Positions 1 through 10,115 of a stretch of DNA of 64,000 nucleotides are shown piece by piece. The stretch lies in contig CAYNFP010000001.1 in assembly GCA_964396655.1 (NCBI GenBank), forward strand, positions 70,773-134,772. Reading direction: 5' to 3'. Position 1 is the stretch's first letter, and each line of letters starts with the position of its first letter. The notes under the pieces are model-generated. The model made no database searches and was not told the DNA's origin. It worked only from the letters and a program-made list of their open reading frames with translations. Position numbers and translations under genes: made by a program. Source of the DNA: an uncultured Muribaculaceae bacterium. GTDB taxonomy: Bacteria; Bacillota_I; Bacilli_A; RF39; UBA660.

Positions 1-93
1 GTAATTTATTTAAATATATCAAAAATGTCTGATTATGATACTGAATATACAAAATTAATTAATATCATTAAAACCTCATCAATTGTAAAATAG
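1..93 (+). CDS. 3' end of a CDS truncated by the window edge
   Basis: Frame 1 is open from base 1 (VIYLNISKMSDYDTEYTKLINIIKTSSIVK) to TAG at 91-93. Confidence 0.4.
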   Translation, partial: VIYLNISKMSDYDTEYTKLINIIKTSSIVK

Positions 94-127
94 AAATTTA
101 AATGCTAAAATTACTTTGGAGGAATAT

Positions 128-889
128 ATGAAAAATAAGAAATTAACTTTTATTTATATCGGTATAATTATAATATTAGCTTTTTTGACTTTTGGTAAAA
201 ATTTTATTATTCAAAACACTTTTTATCATGAACAAAAGGATGAAATACTGGATTATATTAAAGAACAATATAACATAAAACCAAAAATTACTTCAATCAT
301 AAAAATGGTTGGAATGAAAGATCATAAATATGTATATTATGTATGTATGAATTATGATAACAATGATTTTACAGCATATATTTATGATAATGGCACAATA
401 ATTGATGATTATATATCATTAAAATTAGGTAGAGAAATTTATGATGAAGTAGTTAGTAATGTTGAAAGCGAATTAAATACTGAGGTATTAAATCTTCATT
501 ATGATTGGAATCGTATATATTTAAATTATTTAGAAGAAACTTCATTACCTTTAGATATGACTGTTAATAAACTTTTAAGTCAAACTGATAAAGAAACTAA
601 GTTATCATTGATTTTAGTGATTAAGGATAATAAATTAATTGATTCAGAACTTGCAAATAAATTATATAATTTTATAAATAATTATATAAAAGAAAAAGGA
701 GTAGATTATTTAACTGTTGATTTTACTTTGATTGATAGTAAGAGTGTTAAAACTGTAGAAAAAAATCAATCAGTACCCGAACATGCTAAAAGATATATTA
801 GTTTTTCTGATTTAAATGTATCAAATTTTTCGGTAGAAGAGTTAAAAGATTCTGTAGAAACAGTTAATAATAGTAATTTAATAAATTAA
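128..889 (+). CDS. hypothetical protein with N-terminal membrane anchor
   Basis: GGAGG RBS before ATG at 128; basic N-terminus then hydrophobic stretch TFIYIGIIIILAFLTF. Confidence 0.7.
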   Translation: MKNKKLTFIYIGIIIILAFLTFGKNFIIQNTFYHEQKDEILDYIKEQYNIKPKITSIIKMVGMKDHKYVYYVCMNYDNNDFTAYIYDNGTIIDDYISLKLGREIYDEVVSNVESELNTEVLNLHYDWNRIYLNYLEETSLPLDMTVNKLLSQTDKETKLSLILVIKDNKLIDSELANKLYNFINNYIKEKGVDYLTVDFTLIDSKSVKTVEKNQSVPEHAKRYISFSDLNVSNFSVEELKDSVETVNNSNLIN

Positions 890-890
890 G

Positions 891-1268
891 GTGAATATGA
901 TAGAATTGAATAATGATAGTTTAATAAAATTTCTTGATTATTATCATTATTTACATGATAGTAATATTACTATGATTGAATATGATATTTCAAAAGCTCA
1001 AATAACTTTATTAATAAATGTTTATTGGTCCGGAGAACCTAAATTAAAAGATGATGGTTATTATGAAACTAATAAGAAAAAAATTAAAATTATTTTTGAG
1101 GGAGTAGAGAAGGTTAAAAGTAAAGAAATTTGCTCTTATGAATATATTGATGACGTTTATTTTAAATTTATTATGTTAAATAATAAAGGATATATATGTT
1201 TTGCTGATTATGAAGAAAATCCAACATTATATATAGTTTGCGAAAGTGCAAAATACGAAGAATTATGA
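891..1268 (+). CDS. hypothetical protein (weak resemblance to immunity-type proteins)
   Basis: 125-aa acidic ORF coupled to upstream gene; LHDSxI motif near N-terminus. Confidence 0.6.
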   Translation: MNMIELNNDSLIKFLDYYHYLHDSNITMIEYDISKAQITLLINVYWSGEPKLKDDGYYETNKKKIKIIFEGVEKVKSKEICSYEYIDDVYFKFIMLNNKGYICFADYEENPTLYIVCESAKYEEL

Positions 1269-1291
1269 TATGATTATTTTAAGAGGGTTAT

Positions 1292-2041
1292 ATGAAAATA
1301 ATTATTAATGATAAATATTTAGATAGTAGAACTTATAGAAAAATTTTTGAGTTTATACAAAAAGAAGGGGATATACCTTTTAAAAAGTTTGTTGAAGAAG
1401 CTCATGAAATTGATACTGATAGTATTATAGAGTCTGCAATTTTTTATGATGATTACCCATTAACAGAATTAATTGAGCAAAATAAGATGATAGTAGAATT
1501 TTTAAAACAATTTGGTGATTTCTTTATGCATGATGGATTTGATTCGTTTAAATTAAAAAAATTTATTTTAGATACTTCTAAAAAAATTGATAGACTACCA
1601 TTATTTATTGAAAATTCAAAAATATTAGAAGATTTAAGAATTGGGACTATATTTTTAGGTATTGAACAATATAAAGAATTTTTTAGAACAGAAGTGTTTA
1701 CAGATGAAAATGGTCATATTACAGATATTAGAAAATGTTACTCTGATGGTAAAATAAGGTATAGTGTTGGAAATATTCGTGAATATTGTGGTTGTGAAGA
1801 ATATAAAATGGATATTTCGGGAATTGGGACTAAAATTACAAGAACTGTAGATGGTCTTAAAATTTTTACTCCTGCTGAGCCAACTTGGATAATAGAAGCT
1901 GAAAATCATGCTAGGGGTACTCAATGTAGATATGCTTGTATAGAAGATTTTGGATTTGATAGTAGTAACTTACCAACAGATGAAGAATTAAGTAGTTATG
2001 AAGAACCACAAACTTTGAAATTATTTTTGAGTAAAAAATAA
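1292..2041 (+). CDS. hypothetical protein
   Basis: 249-aa ORF with GAGGG RBS; no recognised motif. Confidence 0.65.
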   Translation: MKIIINDKYLDSRTYRKIFEFIQKEGDIPFKKFVEEAHEIDTDSIIESAIFYDDYPLTELIEQNKMIVEFLKQFGDFFMHDGFDSFKLKKFILDTSKKIDRLPLFIENSKILEDLRIGTIFLGIEQYKEFFRTEVFTDENGHITDIRKCYSDGKIRYSVGNIREYCGCEEYKMDISGIGTKITRTVDGLKIFTPAEPTWIIEAENHARGTQCRYACIEDFGFDSSNLPTDEELSSYEEPQTLKLFLSKK

Positions 2042-2090
2042 TAATTTAAAAATTCTTGTTAATAATATTTAATAAGAAGGGAGAATTATT

Positions 2091-2282
2091 ATGCCATTAA
2101 AAAAAGGTAAAAGTAAAAAAGTCATATCAAAAAACATTGAAAATTTAGTTGAAGAATATACTAAAGGTGATGGTAAAATAGGAAACTATAAACCAACATC
2201 TAAAAAGAAAGCAGTTAAAGTAGCCGCTGCAATAGCCTATAAAAATGCTGGTAAAAGTAAAAAGAATAATAAAAAGAAATAA
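2091..2282 (+). CDS. small basic protein (DUF6496-like)
   Basis: MPLKKGKSKKVISKNI...KKAVKVAAAIAY pattern; AAGGGAG RBS. Confidence 0.65.
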   Translation: MPLKKGKSKKVISKNIENLVEEYTKGDGKIGNYKPTSKKKAVKVAAAIAYKNAGKSKKNNKKK

Positions 2283-2363
2283 AATTATTCTTTTTTTAAT
2301 TTTTAACAAAAAAATGTGACAAAATAAATGGAGTATGTTATCCTATTGTTAGGAGGGTAATAT

Positions 2364-3002
2364 ATGGAGAATTTAGAAATGAATTCAGAAATGATGAGAC
2401 AACTTCTACAAGCAAAGGATAGATGTTTGTCGGTTTATGATGAATTCAGGTTTGATTTAAAGAGAAAAGATGGTGGCGAAGTTGTTACTTTTGATAAACT
2501 AAAAGAAACAATAACAATTTTAAATTCTTTAATTAAGGATTATATTGATACAATGCCATATTTTTTTGAAATTGTAGCAACAGAAAATATTGTAATAAAA
2601 AATGAAGAAACAGTTGAAATAAAAACTAATATTACAGGTCAATTAATTAATGCTGGAGAACGCGAATTTATATTCTATGGGAGCATTCCTAGTGGAGGTA
2701 AATTAAGTTTAAGTTCGGAATTGACAGATGGTGGCGTTAAAATATATGCAAGAAATGATAACTCAAGAGAAATGGATGAAAAATATGATTTGTGTGTATA
2801 TCATTATAATTGTCCAACAGATGCGAGAAGTTTTGGACCTGGGGCATATTTGATTGAAAAAGGACAAGTAATTGGTATAGGTATTAAGCATTATGTAGAA
2901 ACAAACAGAATTGAGTATGTGGATGATGAAATGTCAACATGGCCAGAATGGAAACGTGAAGCGGCTGGAGCAGGTTATGGTTTTTCAAGAGGATTGAAAT
3001 AA
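2364..3002 (+). CDS. hypothetical protein
   Basis: 212-aa ORF, AGGAGG RBS, followed by a terminator-like hairpin. Confidence 0.7.
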   Translation: MENLEMNSEMMRQLLQAKDRCLSVYDEFRFDLKRKDGGEVVTFDKLKETITILNSLIKDYIDTMPYFFEIVATENIVIKNEETVEIKTNITGQLINAGEREFIFYGSIPSGGKLSLSSELTDGGVKIYARNDNSREMDEKYDLCVYHYNCPTDARSFGPGAYLIEKGQVIGIGIKHYVETNRIEYVDDEMSTWPEWKREAAGAGYGFSRGLK

Positions 3003-3005
3003 AAG

Positions 3006-3031
3006 AATCGTTAAAAACAACGATTTTTTTT
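3006..3031 (+). terminator. intrinsic terminator
   Basis: AATCGTT-6nt-AACGATT hairpin followed by a T run. Confidence 0.6.
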
Positions 3032-3050
3032 ATTTATTTTAAAAAACTGG

Positions 3051-3079
3051 TTGACATTTTAATATGTTTTTAATATAAT
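3051..3079 (+). promoter_or_regulatory. sigma-A promoter of the NAD cluster
   Basis: TTGACA (3051-3056), 17-bp spacer, TATAAT (3074-3079): perfect consensus. Confidence 0.85.
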
Positions 3080-3160
3080 GTTAATAACAAGAGAAAAACT
3101 TGTTAAAATTTTAAGGCTTGTTCTTAACAAAATGTTAAGAAGAAATGGAGGCGATCATTT

Positions 3161-3802
3161 ATGATAAGAACAGAATTAAAAGATTATCAAAAAACATTGT
3201 ACATAGTTGATATGGTAAATGGATTTGTAAGAGAGGGGAAGCTTCATGATGGAAGAATAGCTGCAACTATACCTGAGCAAATAAAACTTATAGAAAGATT
3301 TAGAAGAGAGAATCAAGGTGTTGCTTTTATTAAAGAAAATCATGGAGAAGGAAGTGTTGAATTTAAAACATTCCCACCACATTGTATTGCTGGAACAAGT
3401 GAGGCAGAATTAGTTGATGAATTAAAACCTTATGAAAGTAGTTCTTTAGTATATCCAAAGAACTCTACAAGTGCTGTATTTGCGCCAAATATTTTAACAG
3501 ATATTGAAAGTATGGTTAATTTAAGAGAAATAGTGGCTGTAGGTTGTTGTACAGATATATGTGTGTTAAATTTCTTAATACCACTAATTAATTATTTTAA
3601 TCAAATTAATAGAGAAATTAAAATATTTGCAGTAAAAGATGCAACTCAAACTTATAATATTCCAGGATTTCATGATGCAGAATATTACAATAAAATTGCT
3701 TATGAATTAATGGCTCAATCAGGAATACAAATTGTTGGAAATTCAGAAGAATTAGAAGCAAAAGAAAAAGAATTAGGATTAACTCTAAAGAAAGGAATTT
3801 AA
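3161..3802 (+). CDS. pncA: nicotinamidase (isochorismatase/cysteine hydrolase family)
   Basis: IVDMVNGF, FPPHCIAGT and GCCTDICV motifs; adjacent to pncB. Confidence 0.85.
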   Translation: MIRTELKDYQKTLYIVDMVNGFVREGKLHDGRIAATIPEQIKLIERFRRENQGVAFIKENHGEGSVEFKTFPPHCIAGTSEAELVDELKPYESSSLVYPKNSTSAVFAPNILTDIESMVNLREIVAVGCCTDICVLNFLIPLINYFNQINREIKIFAVKDATQTYNIPGFHDAEYYNKIAYELMAQSGIQIVGNSEELEAKEKELGLTLKKGI

Positions 3803-3805
3803 ATT

Positions 3806-5269
3806 ATGGAAATTTACAATGGATATGAAAGATTACCTAGAAATTACAGTTTATTAACAGATGAATATGAATATTCAATGTCAAATGCATATTTATTATC
3901 AAAAAAAGAAGATGAAGAAGCAGTATTTGATATATTTTTTAGGAAGATACCTAATGAAGGTGGATATGCTGTTATGGCAGGTATTGATAAAGTTATTGAA
4001 TATATAAAAAATTTAAAATTTGGAGAAACAGAAATTAATTATCTTAAGAGAAAAGGTTATAGTGAAGAATTTATAAATTATATGAAAAACTTTAGATTTA
4101 CTGGTAGTATATATGCAATTCCTGATGGAACTCCAGTATTTCCAAATGAACCGATAGTTACTGTAAAAGCTCCTTTAATAGAAGCTCAAATAATAGAAAC
4201 TGCTTTGTTATCAATAATTAATGGTGCTATGGAACACGCAACTGGAGCAAGAAGAATAATTGAATCAACTCCAAAGGGAATAAAAGTTATGGAATTTGGA
4301 TCTAGACGTGCAGATGGACTTGAAGCTTCTATAGATTCAGCTATTTATGGAATAATGGCAGGATGTGCTGGAACTTCAAATGTTATGGCAGCTGATATGT
4401 TAAATATTGCTGCTTTAGGAACTCAAGCTCATAGTTGGGTACAATCTTTTGATAGTGAATATGAAGCATTTTTAACTTATGCAAAGATGTATCCAAATAA
4501 TTGCATATTGTTAGTTGATACTATAGATACATTAAAAAGTGGAGTGCCAAATGCAATAAAAGTATTCGAATATATGAAAGAACATACCATGCCAACAAAT
4601 CATATTGGAATAAGAATTGACTCTGGAGATTTAGCTTATACAAGCAAAGAAGCAAGAAGAATGCTTAATGAAGCTGGATTTGGAGAAGCAACAATATGTT
4701 TAAGTAATGGATTAACTGCTGAAACAATTGAATCTTTGGTAAAACAAGGAGCTTGCTTTGATAGTCTTGGTGTAGGAGATAATATATCTAAACCAAATGG
4801 AAGAATGGGATGTGTTTATAAAGAAGTAGCTTTAGAAGTAAATGGAGTATTAATTCCTAAAATTAAAATAAGTGGTACAGCAGAAAAAACCACAAATCCC
4901 GGGTATAAAAAGTTATATAGAGCATTTAGTAAGAAAACTGGTCGTGCACTAGCTGATATAATTTCAATACCAGGTCAAAATATTACTAAAGACAACTTAA
5001 TAATTATAGATACTGTTAATTTTTCCAACAGTAAAAGAATTGAAAATTTTGAATTAGTTGAATTACAAAAACCAATATTTATTAATGGAGAACTAGTATA
5101 TGAAGATCCAAATATAATACAAAAACAATTATATTGTGAGGAACAAATGCAAAAAATATATCCAGAAACCAAAAGATTAGAAATGCCTCAAATATATCAT
5201 GTGGCTGGAACTGAAGAATATATCGAATTGAAAAATAATTTGGTATTACAACTAAAAAGGAATTTATAA
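3806..5269 (+). CDS. pncB: nicotinate phosphoribosyltransferase
   Basis: LLTDxYEYSM, EFGSRR, GTQAHSW, LVDT and IRIDSGD motifs. Confidence 0.95.
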   Translation: MEIYNGYERLPRNYSLLTDEYEYSMSNAYLLSKKEDEEAVFDIFFRKIPNEGGYAVMAGIDKVIEYIKNLKFGETEINYLKRKGYSEEFINYMKNFRFTGSIYAIPDGTPVFPNEPIVTVKAPLIEAQIIETALLSIINGAMEHATGARRIIESTPKGIKVMEFGSRRADGLEASIDSAIYGIMAGCAGTSNVMAADMLNIAALGTQAHSWVQSFDSEYEAFLTYAKMYPNNCILLVDTIDTLKSGVPNAIKVFEYMKEHTMPTNHIGIRIDSGDLAYTSKEARRMLNEAGFGEATICLSNGLTAETIESLVKQGACFDSLGVGDNISKPNGRMGCVYKEVALEVNGVLIPKIKISGTAEKTTNPGYKKLYRAFSKKTGRALADIISIPGQNITKDNLIIIDTVNFSNSKRIENFELVELQKPIFINGELVYEDPNIIQKQLYCEEQMQKIYPETKRLEMPQIYHVAGTEEYIELKNNLVLQLKRNL

Positions 5270-5272
5270 ATT

Positions 5273-5860
5273 ATGCAAAGTCAAAAATTAGAAGAACTAA
5301 AAAAATATATTGAAGAATTAAAAATGACAAAATTTTTAGAAGAACAAGAAATATCAAGTGGATTTTTAACAATAAAAAAGTATATATGTAAATTAAATAA
5401 TGGCAAAATAATAACAAGAGAACAAATTATAAAAAATGAAAGAGATGGTAGTGCCGCTATTATTTTACCAGTTACAACAGAAGGAAAAATTGTTATAGTA
5501 ATAGAACCCAGAGTTTTTAGTAAAGAAACTGTAGGTGTTGAATTTCCTGCCGGATATATAGAGTTTGGGGAAAAGCCAATTGAGGCTGCCAAAAGAGAGT
5601 TAATAGAAGAAACTGGTTATGTTCCAGAAAAATTGGAACTTTTAGTAAGTTATTATCAAGATCAAGGGTGTTCTAAAGCTTTTAATCATAGTTTTATAGC
5701 ATTGGGATGTAAAAAATTAAAAGAACAAAATTTGGATCCCGAAGAATTAATAAGATATATGGAATTTACATTTGATGAAGTAATAGAGTTAGCTCAAATG
5801 GGATATATAAATGATGCTAATTCATTATTAGCTCTAGAAAGAGCAAAAAAATATTTTTAA
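5273..5860 (+). CDS. NUDIX hydrolase, ADP-ribose pyrophosphatase-like
   Basis: Nudix box PAGYIEFGEKPIEAAKRELIEETG; NudF-like layout. Confidence 0.85.
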   Translation: MQSQKLEELKKYIEELKMTKFLEEQEISSGFLTIKKYICKLNNGKIITREQIIKNERDGSAAIILPVTTEGKIVIVIEPRVFSKETVGVEFPAGYIEFGEKPIEAAKRELIEETGYVPEKLELLVSYYQDQGCSKAFNHSFIALGCKKLKEQNLDPEELIRYMEFTFDEVIELAQMGYINDANSLLALERAKKYF

Positions 5861-5876
5861 AAGGAGATGAAAAATT

Positions 5877-6554
5877 ATGTTTGATATAACAAATATAGCA
5901 TTTAAAATATTAAATTATGATATAAGCTATGTTGAATTAATAGGTACAATAACAGGATTAATAAGTGTTATTTTAGCAGGAAGAAATAAAGTGTCTAATT
6001 ATCCAATTGGTATAATTAATATAATATTTTTCTTCATACTATTTTATCAAGTTCAATTATATTCAGATATGTTTGAACAGGTATATTACTTAGTTGTTAG
6101 TATAATAGGATGGTATTTATGGCTTAACCCAAAAGAAAACAAAAAAAATAAAGAGAATGAACTTAGAATAACTCACAATTCTTTTAAAGAAAATATAATA
6201 TATTCAATAATACTTATAGGAGGAACAATTCTAGTTGGAATATTTATGAAAAATATACATATTTATTTTCCAAAAATATTTAGTGAACCAGCATCATATC
6301 CGTTCTTAGATGCATTTACAACAATAATGAGTTTACTTGCAATGTATATGCTAGCAAAAAGAAAAATAGACAATTGGTATTTATGGATTGTAGTAAATGT
6401 AATAGCTGTTGTTTTATATTTTGTGAAAGGAGTAAAATTATTATCAATTGAATATTTCATATTCTTAGTAAATGCTATTATATCTTTGAAATATTGGTAT
6501 AAGGTTAAAAAACAAGAAGAGAAAGAAGTTGATAAATTATGCTTAGAAAAGTAG
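5877..6554 (+). CDS. pnuC: nicotinamide riboside transporter PnuC
   Basis: Multi-TM; YPFLDAFTT...MLAKRKIDNWYLWIVVN motif; adjacent to nadR. Confidence 0.9.
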   Translation: MFDITNIAFKILNYDISYVELIGTITGLISVILAGRNKVSNYPIGIINIIFFFILFYQVQLYSDMFEQVYYLVVSIIGWYLWLNPKENKKNKENELRITHNSFKENIIYSIILIGGTILVGIFMKNIHIYFPKIFSEPASYPFLDAFTTIMSLLAMYMLAKRKIDNWYLWIVVNVIAVVLYFVKGVKLLSIEYFIFLVNAIISLKYWYKVKKQEEKEVDKLCLEK

Positions 6555-7546
6555 GAATGTATGGAGGAACTTTTAATCCTCTACATTTAGGTCATGTAAA
6601 TGCTTTAATTGAAGCAAGTACAATGTGTAATAAATTATATGTTGTACTTTGCTACTCTACAAAAGCAAATGAAATTAATCACAAAGAGAGATTCAAATGG
6701 CTAAAACAAGTAACTTCAGATATGGAAAATGTTGAAGTTATAGAAATAGAAGATAATAATATAGATAAAGAAAATTATGATTGGTCAAAAGGCGCTATAG
6801 AAATTAAAAAGAAAATAGGTAAGTTAATAGATATAGTCTTTGCAGGAGATGATTATAAGGGTAAAAATATATTTGAAATATTATATCCAGAAAGTGAAAT
6901 TTATTATTTTGATAGAAAGATAATAAATATATCATCAACCAAAATAAGAAGAAATCCATATAATAATTTTCAATATTTACCAAAACCTGTTCAGAAATAT
7001 TACCTAAAAAAAGTTGTTATAATAGGAACTGAAAGTTGTGGTAAATCTACTTTAATAAGAAATCTTGCTAAAGATTATAATACAACATATGTAAAAGAAG
7101 TTGGAAGAGATGTATGTAATGAAGTTGGGGGAATAGATAATCTTCAACAAAAAGATTTTGTGGATATTTTAATAAGACAAAAGGCTTTGGAATTAGAGAA
7201 GTCAAAAGATGCTAATAAAGTATTATTTGTTGATACAGAAGCCATAATAACACTGTACTACTTGAATTTACTTTATTCAAATGATAAGCTAAAAGAAATA
7301 GAAAACTTGGGATATTCTATATCAGATTTAAGTGATTATGATTTATATATGTTTTTAGAACCGGATGTTAAATGGGTACAAGATGGAACAAGAACATATG
7401 GAGAAGATAAAACAAGAAAAAATAATAATAATATACTTAAAAAAATGTTGAAAGAAAAAAATATAAAATATAAAATAGTAAAAGGTGATTATCATGAAAG
7501 ACTTATTAAATCTCTTGAGTTAGTTGATAAATTAATAAAAAAATAG
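6539..7546 (+). CDS. nadR: NadR-type NMN adenylyltransferase / ribosylnicotinamide kinase (no HTH)
   Basis: GTFNPLHLGH, ISSTKIR, P-loop GTESCGKST, WVQDGTR. Confidence 0.92.
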   Translation: MLRKVGMYGGTFNPLHLGHVNALIEASTMCNKLYVVLCYSTKANEINHKERFKWLKQVTSDMENVEVIEIEDNNIDKENYDWSKGAIEIKKKIGKLIDIVFAGDDYKGKNIFEILYPESEIYYFDRKIINISSTKIRRNPYNNFQYLPKPVQKYYLKKVVIIGTESCGKSTLIRNLAKDYNTTYVKEVGRDVCNEVGGIDNLQQKDFVDILIRQKALELEKSKDANKVLFVDTEAIITLYYLNLLYSNDKLKEIENLGYSISDLSDYDLYMFLEPDVKWVQDGTRTYGEDKTRKNNNNILKKMLKEKNIKYKIVKGDYHERLIKSLELVDKLIKK

Positions 7547-7554
7547 GAGGAGTT

Positions 7555-9480
7555 ATGTATAAAGAACATGGATTCATAAGAATAGGAGCTATAGTACCAA
7601 AATTAAAGGTTGCTAATGTGGATTTTAATTCACAAGAAATAATTAAACAGATAAAGAATGCTTATAAAAATAAAATAAGTATAGTAACAACACCAGAATT
7701 ATCTTTAACAGGATATACATGTGCAGATTTATTTCATCAAGACATTTTAATTGAAAAAAGTTTGAGTGAATTAAAGCATATTTTAGAAGAAACTAAAAAA
7801 TTAGATATTATTAGTATAATTGGAATGCCAATAAGATATGAAAATCAAACTTTTAACACAGCAGCTGTAATTAATAAAGGTAAAGTTTTAGGAATTATTC
7901 CAAAAACTTATAGACCAAATTATTCGGAATTTTATGAAAAAAGATGGTTTTCAACTAGTTTAAATCTAAAAAGTAAATATATAAATTTATTTGGAGAGAA
8001 TATACCCTTTGATACTAAAATAATATTTAGAGACAAAGAAAATCCTAATATTGGATTTGCCATAGAAATATGTGAAGATTTATGGACAGTAAATCCTCCA
8101 AGTGATTCTCATGCTCTTAATGGAGCCACTATCATATTTAATCTATCTGCAAGTAATGAAATAATAGGAAAATATGATTACAGAAAGAATTTAGTTAAAA
8201 CCCAGTCTGGAAAGACTATTTCGGCTTACTGTTATGCATCTTCAGGAGTTAATGAGTCTTCAACAGATTTAGTATTTTCAGGACATTCTATGATTTATGA
8301 AGCAGGTTCATTATTAGAGGAAAATAATAGATTTGATTTTGAAAGTAATTTAATTTATTCGGATATAGATATAAAAAGATTAATGAATGATAGATGTAAA
8401 AATATGAGTTTTATGGAAAATTGTGATAAAAATGAATATTTATATGTAGACATAGATATAATTGACAGAATAGACGTTTTAAAAAGAAATTATGAAGAAT
8501 ATCCATTCGTTCCAAAAAACGAAGCTAAAAGAAGTGAAAGATGTAATGAAATATTTAATATACAGTCATGTGCTTTAGCAAAACGAATACTTCATACAAA
8601 TATGAAAAAAACAGTTATAGGAATGAGTGGAGGACTTGATTCAACATTAGCCTTTCTTGTAATAGTTGAAGCATACAAAAAATTGGGAATTTCAAATAAA
8701 AATATAATTGCAGTTACTATGCCTGGTTTTGGAACAACTGATAGAACTTTTAATAATGCATGTAATTTAGTTAAAAGTTATGGAGCGACTTTACTAAATA
8801 TAAGTATTAAAGATGCTTGTATACAGCACTTTAAAGATATCGAAATAGATGAAAAGGATAGAAGTGTAACATATGAAAATTCTCAGGCAAGAGAAAGAAC
8901 TCAAATATTAATGGATATTTCAAATAAAGAAAATGCTTTAGTAATTGGAACTGGAGATTTATCAGAACTTGCTTTAGGATGGTGTACTTATAATGGAGAT
9001 CATATGAGTATGTATGCAGTTAATGTAAGTATTCCTAAAACATTAGTAAGATATTTAGTTAAATGGGTTGCAGATACTTCAAATAAAAAATATCAAAAAA
9101 CATTATATGATATTGAGGGTACACCAATTAGTCCGGAATTATTACCTCCAGATGAATTAGGTAATATTAAGCAATTAACAGAAGATTCTGTAGGTCCTTA
9201 TGTTCTTCATGATTTCTTCTTATATCATTTTTTAAGATATGGAGCTAGTCCTAAAAAGATATTTGTTATAGCTAAAAAGACTTTTAAAGATAAATTTAGT
9301 GATGAAGAAATAAAAAAATGGTTAAAAATATTTATAAAAAGATTTTTTATTCAACAATTTAAAAGAAGTTGTATTCCTGATGGACCAAAAGTTGGAACAA
9401 TAAGTTTAAGTCCAAGAGGAGATTTAAGAATGCCAAGTGATGCTGATTCAGAAATTTGGTTAAAAGATTTAGAGGATTAA
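7555..9480 (+). CDS. nadE: glutamine-dependent NAD+ synthetase
   Basis: Nitrilase domain (TPELSLTGY, EICEDLW) plus synthetase SGGLDST, ENSQARER, GTGDLSE. Confidence 0.97.
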   Translation: MYKEHGFIRIGAIVPKLKVANVDFNSQEIIKQIKNAYKNKISIVTTPELSLTGYTCADLFHQDILIEKSLSELKHILEETKKLDIISIIGMPIRYENQTFNTAAVINKGKVLGIIPKTYRPNYSEFYEKRWFSTSLNLKSKYINLFGENIPFDTKIIFRDKENPNIGFAIEICEDLWTVNPPSDSHALNGATIIFNLSASNEIIGKYDYRKNLVKTQSGKTISAYCYASSGVNESSTDLVFSGHSMIYEAGSLLEENNRFDFESNLIYSDIDIKRLMNDRCKNMSFMENCDKNEYLYVDIDIIDRIDVLKRNYEEYPFVPKNEAKRSERCNEIFNIQSCALAKRILHTNMKKTVIGMSGGLDSTLAFLVIVEAYKKLGISNKNIIAVTMPGFGTTDRTFNNACNLVKSYGATLLNISIKDACIQHFKDIEIDEKDRSVTYENSQARERTQILMDISNKENALVIGTGDLSELALGWCTYNGDHMSMYAVNVSIPKTLVRYLVKWVADTSNKKYQKTLYDIEGTPISPELLPPDELGNIKQLTEDSVGPYVLHDFFLYHFLRYGASPKKIFVIAKKTFKDKFSDEEIKKWLKIFIKRFFIQQFKRSCIPDGPKVGTISLSPRGDLRMPSDADSEIWLKDLED

Positions 9481-9482
9481 AT

Positions 9483-10064
9483 ATGAGAATAGGTATATTT
9501 GGAGGATGTTTTAATCCACCACACAAAAAACATGAACAAATTGCAGTAGATTTAGTTAAACATAATTATTTGGATAAAGTAATATATGTTCCTGCAGGAA
9601 ATTTATATAATAAAAATGGTTTGATAAAAGATATAGATAGATATAATATGTTGAAACTTATAACAGAATATTATGATTTCTTAGAAGTGTCAGATTATGA
9701 ATTTGATAAATTAACTTATACTTATCAAACATTAACTTATTTTAGAGAAAAATATCCAAAAGATGAAATATATTTTATATGTGGATCTGATAACTTAAAA
9801 GAATTTGATACATGGAAAGAATATGAGTACGTATTAGAAACGTTTAAAATAATAATTATTCAAAGAAATAATGATAATTTTGATGATATAGTAAAAAAAT
9901 ACCCAAAATATTTAAATAACATTATTCTTTCAGATGTAAAAATAGATAAACTTTCGTCAACTGAAATAAGAGATGAAATAAAAAATAATAAAATTACTAA
10001 CTTAAAAAACAAATTAAAAAAAGAGGTTTTGGAGTACATTATTAGTAATAACTTATATAAATAA
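9483..10064 (+). CDS. nadD: nicotinate-nucleotide adenylyltransferase
   Basis: IGIFGGCFNPPHKKH, GSDNL..F..WK, LSSTEIR; ATG at 9483. Confidence 0.9.
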   Translation: MRIGIFGGCFNPPHKKHEQIAVDLVKHNYLDKVIYVPAGNLYNKNGLIKDIDRYNMLKLITEYYDFLEVSDYEFDKLTYTYQTLTYFREKYPKDEIYFICGSDNLKEFDTWKEYEYVLETFKIIIIQRNNDNFDDIVKKYPKYLNNIILSDVKIDKLSSTEIRDEIKNNKITNLKNKLKKEVLEYIISNNLYK

Positions 10065-10115
10065 TGACTTTTAATAGTAAATAAGTTATAATTAATATAT
10101 ATTTAGGAGTTAAAA

